From Candidatus Brocadiia bacterium (GTDB lineage Bacteria; Planctomycetota; Brocadiia; CAIUPP01): a stretch of DNA of 64,000 bases. A program made the translations under genes and the position numbers. Location: the NCBI GenBank assembly GCA_050015075.1, contig JBEKCB010000026.1:12526-76525 (forward strand), written 5' to 3'. Each line of letters starts with the position of its first letter. Positions within the stretch are counted from its first letter, which is position 1. Below are positions 56,064 to 64,000 of this stretch, piece after piece. The notes beneath the pieces were generated by a model. It saw only the letters and a program-made list of their open reading frames with translations, had not been told where the DNA came from and ran no database searches.

Positions 56064-56720
56064 ATGTCGTTCACTTTACCCATCGAGAGGGCCACTATGC
56101 CCTTGCCCGAGGCGGTGTCGCGCCGGAGGCAGAACTGGATTCTGCCGAACCTTCGCGGGCGCAGGGCGCTATGGCTGGTCGCCGCGCCGGCCCTTGTGGG
56201 GACGGCCGCGGCATGGGCGGCGCTGTTCCTGCTCTGGTCGCCGATCCTGGACCGGGCCGTCTGGTCCATGCGCGGCGCGAGCCCGGACGGAATGTTCTGG
56301 GGCGTGTGCGTGCGCATTTTCCTGACGACCGGAGCGCTGGCGCTGATCCTGGGCATCGTCGCGCTCGTCGCGGCGCGCATCGTGTCGCACCGCGTGGCGG
56401 GCCCGCTGCACCGCCTGGGCGAGGTGGCCGTGCAGGTTTCGCAAGGGCGCCAGCACGAGCGAGTCCGGCTGCGGGACGGAGACTACATCGAGGATTTCTC
56501 CGAGAAGTTCAACGACATGCTGGACAACATCGAGGCGCGTTCCCGCTTTCGCCGCAACCGGATGAAGGCTGTGCAAAAGAACCTGTCGGAGATCGAGACG
56601 GACCTGATGAACGGCACGCTCGGCACCGCGGAATTGGAGGAGCGGCTGAGGCAGGCCCTGCGCATCGTCCAGGACGCGCGCGTGGGCAACCCGGAAGACG
56701 AAACGCCGGTGCTGTACTAG
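56064..56720 (+). CDS. Membrane protein with two TM helices and a HAMP domain
   Basis: SHRVAGPLHRL...VRLRDGDYIEDFSEKFNDML; AGGAGG RBS. Confidence 0.8.
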   Translation: MSFTLPIERATMPLPEAVSRRRQNWILPNLRGRRALWLVAAPALVGTAAAWAALFLLWSPILDRAVWSMRGASPDGMFWGVCVRIFLTTGALALILGIVALVAARIVSHRVAGPLHRLGEVAVQVSQGRQHERVRLRDGDYIEDFSEKFNDMLDNIEARSRFRRNRMKAVQKNLSEIETDLMNGTLGTAELEERLRQALRIVQDARVGNPEDETPVLY

Positions 56721-56737
56721 AGTCCGCTCATGTTCGT

Positions 56738-56820
56738 AATCGTCCTCGTCGTCGTCCTCCTCGAACAGCTCATCTGAACGACCGAGGACGATGACGAGAA
56801 CGTCGAGGACGAGGACGATT
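56738..56820. repeat. Inverted repeat of (cgtcct)n/(gacgag)n units between convergent genes
   Basis: aatcgtcctcgtc ... gacgaggacgatt. Confidence 0.6.
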
Positions 56821-56844
56821 GGTTGCGTGAAGCCACGACCAACT

Positions 56845-59283
56845 TCAGCCGGTCACGATGTTCACCATCCGCCCGGGCACGAAGATCACCTTCCTGACCG
56901 GCTTGCCGGCCAGCGAGATTTGCGTGCGCTCATCGGCCAGGGCGATCTCCTGGACTTTTTCACGGTCTGCGCCGGCCGGCACCCGCACCTTGGAGCGGAG
57001 CTTGCCGTTGACCTGGATGGGGATCTCGATCTCGTCTTCCAGCAGCATGGCCGGATCGAACCGGGGCCAGGGCTCATGCGCCAGGCTTCGGTCATGCCCA
57101 AGCGTCTGCCAAAGTTCCTCGCAGATGTGCGGCGCGAAGGGCGCCAGCAGCGTCAGGAACGTCTGCCAATGAGCCTTCCGAATGCGCTCCTGTGACCCGA
57201 ACTGGTTCGCCAGCGTCATCAGCGCGGCAATGGCGGTATTGAACTTCATCGCCTCGACGCGCTCGCCGACCTGCTTGATCGTCTGATGGAGCAGGCGCTC
57301 GGCGGCCTCGTCCGCAGGGGCATCGGCTTCGACCTTGTCCTTGAGTTCCCAGACCCGGTACAGAAAGCGCGACATCCCGTTCAGACCGCTCGTGGACCAG
57401 GGAATCGGCTGGTCGAAGGCGCCCATGAACATCTCGTAGAGCCGGAAAGCATCCGCGCCGTGTTTCTCCACCATCTCGTCCGGGTTGACGACGTTCCCGC
57501 GCGACTTGGACATCTTCTCGCCGTTCTCGCCGAGGACGAGACCGTGCGAGGTGCGCCTCTTGTACGGCTCCGAGGTCGGCACGACGCCGATGTCGTAGAG
57601 GAACTTGTGCCAGAACCGCGAGTACAGCAGGTGGAGCGTGGTGTGCTCCATGCCGCCGTTGTACCAGTCCACGGGCGTCCAATAATTCAGCCGCTCGCGG
57701 CTCGCCAGCGCCCGGTCGTTCTGCGGATCGGTGTAGCGGAGGAAGTACCACGACGATCCGGCCCACTGCGGCATGGTGTCGGTCTCGCGCTTTGCCGGGC
57801 CGCCGCACTTCGGGCAGGTGGTGTTGACCCAGTCGGTGATGAGGGCCAGCGGCGACTCGCCCGTCTCGCTGGTCTGATATTGCTCGACCTGCGGCAGCAT
57901 GAGCGGCAGCTCGCTTTCCGGCAGCGGCGTCCAGCCGCATTTCGGGCAATCCACGACCGGGATCGGCTCGCCCCAATACCGCTGGCGCGAGAAAACCCAG
58001 TCGCGCAGCTTATACTGCACGGAGGCGGCGCCGTATCCCGCGCGCTCGACGATCTCGGTCATCTTCACGATGGCCTGGTCGGGCCGCAGGCCGTTGAGCG
58101 GGCCGGAGTTCACGAGCATGCCCTTCTCGATCTCCACGAACGCCGCCTCGGCGACGTTGCCGCCGGAGATGACCTCGACGACGGGCAGGCCGTACTTGCG
58201 CGCGAAGCGCCAGTCGCGCTCGTCGTGGCCGGGCACGGCCATGATCGCGCCGGTGCCGTAGGAGATCAGGACGTAGTCGGCCACCCAGACGGGCACTTCA
58301 GCCCGTGTGGCCGGGTTGAGGACGCGGACGCCCTTGATCTCGACGCCGGTGACTTCTTTGGCGACCTCGGTACGCTCGAAGTCGGACTTGCGCGCCGCAG
58401 CCTCGACGTAGGCGCGGACTTCCGCCGCGTTCGCGCAGCGGGGCAGCAGCTTGCCGACGAGCGGGTGCTCCGGCGCGAGGACCATGTACGTCACCCCGAA
58501 GAGCGTGTCCGGGCGCGTCGTGAAGATCCGCATCGAACAGCCCGGCTCGCCCACGACCGGGAACTCCACCTCCGCGCCGGTCGAGCGGCCGATCCAGTTG
58601 CGTTGCTGCATCTTGATCTTCTCGAGGTAGTCCACCGTATCCAGGTCGGCGAGCAGCCGCTCGGCGTAGGCGGTGATCCGCAGCATCCACTGCTTGCGCA
58701 TGCGCCGGACGACCGTGCCGCCGCAGCGCTCGCACGCGCCGCCGACGACCTCCTCGTTCGCCAGCCCGACCTTGCATGAGCTGCACCAGTTGATCGGGAT
58801 CTCCGCCTTGTACGCGAGGCTCTTTTCGAAGAGCCGGAGGAAGATCCACTGCGTCCACTTGTAGTACGCCGGATCGGTCGTATCCACCTCGCGCGACCAG
58901 TCGAAGGAGAAGCCGATGCGCTTGAGTTGGCGGCGGAAATTGGCCACGTTCTTGATCGTCACGTCGCGCGGGTGCTGGCCGGTCTTAATCGCGTAGTTCT
59001 CCGTCGGCAGCCCGAACGCGTCCCAGCCGATCGGGTACAGGACGTTGTATCCTTCCATGCGTCGCTTACGGGCGACGACGTCGAGCGCGGTGTAGCTGCG
59101 CGGGTGGCCGACGTGGAGCCCTTCGCCTGAGGGATACGGGAATTCGATCAGCACATAGTACTTTGGCTTGTCCGGACCGAAACCCGGATCGCCCGGCCCG
59201 GCGGCTTGGAAAGTCTGCTCCTCTTCCCAGTGCCGCTGCCATTTCCGCTCAATCTCGCTGAAATCGTAAGTCGTGGATGGCAT
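56845..59283 (-). CDS. leuS: Leucine--tRNA ligase
   Basis: FPYPSGEGLHVGH (HIGH), FTTRPDT editing domain, SRQRYWG, KMSKS. Confidence 0.98.
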   Translation of the reverse strand: MPSTTYDFSEIERKWQRHWEEEQTFQAAGPGDPGFGPDKPKYYVLIEFPYPSGEGLHVGHPRSYTALDVVARKRRMEGYNVLYPIGWDAFGLPTENYAIKTGQHPRDVTIKNVANFRRQLKRIGFSFDWSREVDTTDPAYYKWTQWIFLRLFEKSLAYKAEIPINWCSSCKVGLANEEVVGGACERCGGTVVRRMRKQWMLRITAYAERLLADLDTVDYLEKIKMQQRNWIGRSTGAEVEFPVVGEPGCSMRIFTTRPDTLFGVTYMVLAPEHPLVGKLLPRCANAAEVRAYVEAAARKSDFERTEVAKEVTGVEIKGVRVLNPATRAEVPVWVADYVLISYGTGAIMAVPGHDERDWRFARKYGLPVVEVISGGNVAEAAFVEIEKGMLVNSGPLNGLRPDQAIVKMTEIVERAGYGAASVQYKLRDWVFSRQRYWGEPIPVVDCPKCGWTPLPESELPLMLPQVEQYQTSETGESPLALITDWVNTTCPKCGGPAKRETDTMPQWAGSSWYFLRYTDPQNDRALASRERLNYWTPVDWYNGGMEHTTLHLLYSRFWHKFLYDIGVVPTSEPYKRRTSHGLVLGENGEKMSKSRGNVVNPDEMVEKHGADAFRLYEMFMGAFDQPIPWSTSGLNGMSRFLYRVWELKDKVEADAPADEAAERLLHQTIKQVGERVEAMKFNTAIAALMTLANQFGSQERIRKAHWQTFLTLLAPFAPHICEELWQTLGHDRSLAHEPWPRFDPAMLLEDEIEIPIQVNGKLRSKVRVPAGADREKVQEIALADERTQISLAGKPVRKVIFVPGRMVNIVTG

Positions 59284-59494
59284 TTCTCATCTCCGCTTCG
59301 CCTGGGAACGGTCAAGTGGAGGATTATATCGGTAAGCGCGCAGTTTGCCAAATCGCCGAGGAACGTGGGATTCGTCGCGCAAGGGCCGAAGACAGCATAA
59401 GATCAATGCAGGCCGAATCCTACGCTCCGCGCCGCCGCCTAATCTTGACTTTTGTGGATACACTCCATGAGAATGTGACGGCTCAAAGAATTGT

Positions 59495-60748
59495 ATGGCT
59501 TCGAGTAAGGACAACCCCTTGCTATTCGGGCGGCGTTCGCTGTGTCTTCTTTTTCTGGCGGCACTCGCTGTGCGGGCGGCGTTTGTGGCTTTCGCGGCGC
59601 CGCGCGGCGAGGATCTGATTTTTCCTGACGCGGCGAGTTACGATTCCATCGCTCGCAATTGGCTGGCCGGCAAGGGCTTCCGAGAGGACTCAACCCGGCA
59701 GGCGTCGCGCGCGCCGGGCTATCCGGTTTTCCTGGCGGCTTGCCACTCGATCGGGCTGCAACGGCCGCAGGGGATTTACCTGGTCCAAGCTATTGCGGAC
59801 TCGGCCATGTGCGTGCTGCTGGCATTGCTCGGGCGCAGGCTCTACGGCGACGCGGCAGGAATCGTGGCCGGGTGCATCGCGGCGATCTATCCGTTCTTCG
59901 TCTATTTCACCGGACTGCTGCTGGCCGAGACGTTGTTCACGCTGGGGCTCGTGGCGCTGATGCTGTTCCTGTTCGAATGCAGGGACGCGCTGGAGAAATC
60001 CACATCGCGGGCGCTGCTCGTCTCAGCGGTCGCAGGCGCGTTGCTCGGTCTGCTCGTCCTTCTGAGGAGCTCGCTGCTTCTCTTCCCGCTTTTCCTGTTG
60101 CCGATCTGGCTGGCTCGGCGCGGACATCGGCTCGGGGCGATGGCGGCGTGGGGAACGATGATCGCCGCGATGGCGCTGGTGATGCTGCCTTGGATTGTGC
60201 GGAACTACGGAATCTTCGGGCGATTCATCCCGACCACCTTGCAGGTCGGCGAGTCGCTCTACGAAGCGAATTCGCCTTACGCCGACGGCGGGCCGGCGAT
60301 GGACCGCATTGACTGGGTCAAGGAACGGGGCGGCCGGCCGATGGGCGAATACGAGAATAACCAGTTCTTCAGGAACGCCGCGCTTCGGTATATCCGCGAG
60401 CATCCGGACCGGTTCTGCGCGCTGGCCGTCGAGAAATTCGCGCGGTTCTGGAACCCTCTGCCCAACTACGGTCCGTATCGGCGACCGCTCGGCGTTGCGG
60501 TCAATATTTGCGCCTGGGCGCCGATAATTCTTCTGGCCTGCGTGGGCATCCTGCAGCGAAAACAGCAAATCGCATCGCTGTTGCTGTTGCTCTCGCCGGT
60601 CGCGTACTTTACACTGCTGCACATGGTCTTTGTCGGCTCGGTCAGATATCGCACGCCCGTAATGCCTTTTGTGATCCTGTTAGCTGCATCAGGCGCGGAG
60701 TCGGTCCGGGCCTGGCGGCGGCGAAGCGCCCCCGCTCGGGAGACATGA
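59495..60748 (+). CDS. GT39/ArnT-like polyprenyl-linked glycosyltransferase
   Basis: PDAASY, RAPGYP, LLAETLF, PWIVRNY, RYRTP; multiple TM segments. Confidence 0.85.
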   Translation: MASSKDNPLLFGRRSLCLLFLAALAVRAAFVAFAAPRGEDLIFPDAASYDSIARNWLAGKGFREDSTRQASRAPGYPVFLAACHSIGLQRPQGIYLVQAIADSAMCVLLALLGRRLYGDAAGIVAGCIAAIYPFFVYFTGLLLAETLFTLGLVALMLFLFECRDALEKSTSRALLVSAVAGALLGLLVLLRSSLLLFPLFLLPIWLARRGHRLGAMAAWGTMIAAMALVMLPWIVRNYGIFGRFIPTTLQVGESLYEANSPYADGGPAMDRIDWVKERGGRPMGEYENNQFFRNAALRYIREHPDRFCALAVEKFARFWNPLPNYGPYRRPLGVAVNICAWAPIILLACVGILQRKQQIASLLLLLSPVAYFTLLHMVFVGSVRYRTPVMPFVILLAASGAESVRAWRRRSAPARET

Positions 60749-60752
60749 GACA

Positions 60753-63575
60753 GTGGCGGACGAGGTCCGAAAGCGCCGTTTCAGGTGGGCCCGCTGGGTG
60801 ATCTGGGGACTGGTCGTCCTCGCGATCGCCGCCACCGTCGCCTGGCACATTTTCCTGTCTCCGGCGCGTCTGCGCGCCATGGTCGAATCGAGCCTGTCCG
60901 AGATGATCGAGGGCCGGGTCTCCGTCGCCGACGCGCAATTCGCGCTGGAGCGTGGCATCGTTGTGAAGGGAATCCGGATCGAGGACTCCAGCGCCGAGAC
61001 TGCGCCGCCGGCCGCGGTGATTGAAACGGTCATGCTGCTTCCAAGGTGGGACGCGTTGCTGGGCGGTTCCTTCGTGCTGAGAGTGATCCAAGTCGAGCAT
61101 CCGCAAATCAACCTGGAGTTGGACGAAGCGGGCCACTGGCCTTTCCTGAGCCGGCTCCATCCGCCGAAGCCGACGGGCTGGCCGATGCCGCGGGTGGACG
61201 TCGTCCGCGGCGAGATCCAGATCAGCAGCGTTGGGCCTCAGAAACGCATTCCCGACATGAAGTTCACCGGCATCGAGGGCGACCTTCGCGCCTGGAGCGT
61301 GAATTCGGACGCGTGGTGGTCGGATATCAGTGTGCCCGAGAGCCGCCTGGGAAAGATTCATGTCCAGGTTCATAGTTCCGGCTTGAACGGCCAGGTTCAG
61401 GCGAACCTGCGGCTGCTGGGCGTCAAGCTCGGCCCGGAAATCCGGGACCTGCTTCCGCCGCCGGCGGTTCCGACCTGGGACTCGTTTGCGCCCGACGGGA
61501 CGATGGACGTGGACGCCAACCTGGCCTGGGACCCGGCCCAGGATCCGCCGCTGCAAGTCGAAGGCGACGCGCAACTCCACAATGCGAGCGTCAAGCTTCC
61601 GATGCTGCACGTTTCAGGGCCGACGGCGCTGACGAACATCCGCGGGCGCGTGACTTTCAACCTGAAGGAAATCAACGCCCAGGGCGTCTCGGGCAGCTAC
61701 GGCGAGGCGCCCTTCGTCATCACCTCGGGGCTGGCCTCGCTCGAGAAGGACGGGCCTTTCGAGCTGGCCGGCAGCGCCTACGGGTGCGAGGTCGAGGGCC
61801 TCTTTAAGGAGATGGTCCCGCAGGAGGGCCTCGACCAGGTTCCGGCGTGGCTGAAGGAATACCTGCTGGACGCGAAGATCAGCGGGCAGGTGGATGGCTC
61901 GTTCAAACTGTCCCGTGCGAAGGGGGAGAAGGAAGTTCAATCAAGCGTGGAGGTGAGCGCGCGGGACTTGACGCTCTCGCACAGCCGATTCGGCTACCCG
62001 CTGATCCTGAACGTAAGCTTCCGCTGCGCGGACAACACGCTCTCGTTCTCGCAGGCGTCGGCCCGGTGGGGCGGCGCGAGCATCGAGATGCCGCCCACGA
62101 CGTTCGACTTCGCCGAAGGCGCGGCGAGGGATTTCTCGCTGCGCGTCTCCAATCTGCAACTGGAGCCGAAGCTGTACGCCCTGCTGCCGGCCGAGATTAC
62201 GCAGCAACTGAATGAAAGCGCCGTCGGCGGGATCGTGGATGTTGACTTCCACGCGGAACGCGCCGAGGGCGCCGCCGCCGAAACGCATTCCCGGACGCTG
62301 GTGTACCTGCGCGACGGCCACATGGCTTACGTGGATTTCCCTTACCCGGTCGAACACCTGTTCGGCCGGGCGGAAATCAGGGACGACGAACTGAAGAGCG
62401 CCGAATTCAGCGGCATGAACGGGCCGACGCAGATCGGCGTGACGATCGAGAAGGGCAAGTACAAGGGGATGCCTGGCCGGCTCACGATCGTTCGCGCCAT
62501 GGCCGGCGTGCTCAATCAGGACGTCCGCAAGGCGATGCCGCCCTCGTTTCTGAAACTCTGGGATACGCTCAAGCCCGAGGGAACGATCAACCTGAACCTG
62601 GCCATTCAATTCTATGATGACCCGAAGCTTGGCCCGGAACAGTCCGTTTTCACGTTCGACGCCACGCTCCCGAAGTTTTCCCTGCAAGCCGGGATTCCGC
62701 TGCAGCTCACCGTGGCGAATATCGCGGTGGAAGAACCGATGGAAGACGAACCCGGGAAGCTTTCCATTCGGGGCCGGTTCAACGTGGCCCAGGCGAACCT
62801 GGAGGGCGTGCAGACGGAAGGCCTTCGCGGGACTTTCTTCTCGCGCGGCGGCGTGCTGCGGCTTGAAGACGTCGCGGCGGACTGTTTCGGCGGGCGCCTG
62901 GCGGGCAGCCTGGCGATCCGCGGCGACACGGACGAAGCTTATGTGACCGCCGACGAGTTCCGGGGCGAACTCTTCCTCACGGATGCCAGCGTGCGCGACA
63001 TCATTCAGGGGACGGATATCAAGGGAATCAGCGGGCGGCTGAGCGCCGCGAGCGGGTTCTCCGGCAGTTTGTCGAATCCCCAGAACTTTCGCGCGACCGG
63101 CGCCATGACGATCCGCGACGGGCAAATCGGCGCGCTGCCCGGCATCCTGTCCGTCCTGAATCTCCTTCAACTCAAGAGGCTCGGCGCGGCGGCGTTCCAC
63201 GACATGGAACTCTCGTACCAGATCAAAGGCTCCACGCTGGTCGCGAATGAACTCAACTTCATCGGCAGTCTCCTGTCGTTGTACGGCAGCGGGACCATGG
63301 AGAAAGACGGCAAGCAGATGGACTTCAAATTCAGGGTGGAGGTGGGCCCCAAACTGCCGAGGATCCCGCTCGTCTCGCAACTCTTCGATCTGCTCAATTG
63401 GATCAAGGGAAACGTGTTCCCGGTCAAGGTCAGCGGCGACTACAGCGACCCGGTGTGGAGACTGAATCCGGCGCTGTCGCTCACGCGCTCGATTCAATCG
63501 GCGATCGCTCAACTGGTTCCACTGGACTTCCTGAAACCGAAGAAGCCGGGGAACGGAACCGCCCCGGCGAAATAG
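60753..63575 (+). CDS. AsmA-like family protein
   Basis: N-terminal TM anchor followed by long beta-rich repeats; C-terminal VKVSGDYSDPVW. Confidence 0.75.
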   Translation: MADEVRKRRFRWARWVIWGLVVLAIAATVAWHIFLSPARLRAMVESSLSEMIEGRVSVADAQFALERGIVVKGIRIEDSSAETAPPAAVIETVMLLPRWDALLGGSFVLRVIQVEHPQINLELDEAGHWPFLSRLHPPKPTGWPMPRVDVVRGEIQISSVGPQKRIPDMKFTGIEGDLRAWSVNSDAWWSDISVPESRLGKIHVQVHSSGLNGQVQANLRLLGVKLGPEIRDLLPPPAVPTWDSFAPDGTMDVDANLAWDPAQDPPLQVEGDAQLHNASVKLPMLHVSGPTALTNIRGRVTFNLKEINAQGVSGSYGEAPFVITSGLASLEKDGPFELAGSAYGCEVEGLFKEMVPQEGLDQVPAWLKEYLLDAKISGQVDGSFKLSRAKGEKEVQSSVEVSARDLTLSHSRFGYPLILNVSFRCADNTLSFSQASARWGGASIEMPPTTFDFAEGAARDFSLRVSNLQLEPKLYALLPAEITQQLNESAVGGIVDVDFHAERAEGAAAETHSRTLVYLRDGHMAYVDFPYPVEHLFGRAEIRDDELKSAEFSGMNGPTQIGVTIEKGKYKGMPGRLTIVRAMAGVLNQDVRKAMPPSFLKLWDTLKPEGTINLNLAIQFYDDPKLGPEQSVFTFDATLPKFSLQAGIPLQLTVANIAVEEPMEDEPGKLSIRGRFNVAQANLEGVQTEGLRGTFFSRGGVLRLEDVAADCFGGRLAGSLAIRGDTDEAYVTADEFRGELFLTDASVRDIIQGTDIKGISGRLSAASGFSGSLSNPQNFRATGAMTIRDGQIGALPGILSVLNLLQLKRLGAAAFHDMELSYQIKGSTLVANELNFIGSLLSLYGSGTMEKDGKQMDFKFRVEVGPKLPRIPLVSQLFDLLNWIKGNVFPVKVSGDYSDPVWRLNPALSLTRSIQSAIAQLVPLDFLKPKKPGNGTAPAK

Positions 63576-63594
63576 AAAAGGAGAAAAGCAAGCG

Positions 63595-64000
63595 ATGGAC
63601 ATTGCTGAACTGTTCGGATTCGCGCAAGCTCGGAGCGCGTCGGACCTGATCCTGACAGCGGACTCGCCGCCGATCCTGCGCATTGACGGTGAGATGCGGC
63701 TCGTGGCCGCGGACCCGTTGACGGCGGAGCAGACCAAGCAGCTCATCTACGGGATTCTCGACGACAGCCAGATCGCGCGGTTCGAGGCGGAGCACGAGCT
63801 GGATTTTTCGCTCTTCGTCAAAGGCACGCAGCATTTTCGCGGGAACATCTTTCTCCAGCGCGGGTTCGTCGGGGCGGCGTTCCGGCTGATCCCGGAGCAT
63901 CTGCCCAAGCTGTCCGAACTGGGCCTGCCGCCGGTCATCGAGCAGCTCTGCATGGCGCAGCAGGGGCTCATCCTCGTCACCGGGCCGACCGGCCACGGCA
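63595..64000 (+). CDS. pilT: PilT/PilU retraction ATPase, 5' part
   Basis: ASDLILTADSPPILRIDGEM, ELDFS, FRGNIFLQRG, GLILVTGPTGHG; truncated by window end. Confidence 0.88.
   Translation, partial: MDIAELFGFAQARSASDLILTADSPPILRIDGEMRLVAADPLTAEQTKQLIYGILDDSQIARFEAEHELDFSLFVKGTQHFRGNIFLQRGFVGAAFRLIPEHLPKLSELGLPPVIEQLCMAQQGLILVTGPTGHG

Overview
High-GC bacterial chromosomal window, most consistent with a PVC-superphylum (Planctomycetota-like) organism (inference from gene content). Housekeeping genes flank it: leuC/leuD on the left; leuS, a GT39 enzyme, an AsmA-like protein and pilT on the right. A perfect parS palindrome lies at 55.6 kb. A ~40.7-kb accessory island runs from tRNA-Glu(CTC) (8826-8901) to a degenerate, apparently chimeric copy of its 3' half (49550-49594). 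It has no intact integrase. It carries carbohydrate-active and uncharacterised secreted enzymes, an ECF-sigma/Ser-Thr kinase operon, a 1612-aa PAS/tandem-repeat coiled-coil protein and decayed mobile-element pieces (ThiF, resolvase, duplicated DNA-binding proteins). One promoter/leader is reused in front of four unrelated cargo genes. The strongest candidate for an undescribed system is a REP-associated HUH tyrosine transposase (RAYT, 54453-55118). Its ~25-bp repeat (AGTTAYGTATGGTGTCCCCGGAAC) brackets short AT-richer cassettes of clipped genes, including an Rhs-type toxin tip plus a probable immunity gene. These cassettes occur beside the transposase (52.7-55.2 kb) and at a transposase-free site about 47 kb away (4.9-6.0 kb). 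All calls are from reading the sequence; no database searches were run.
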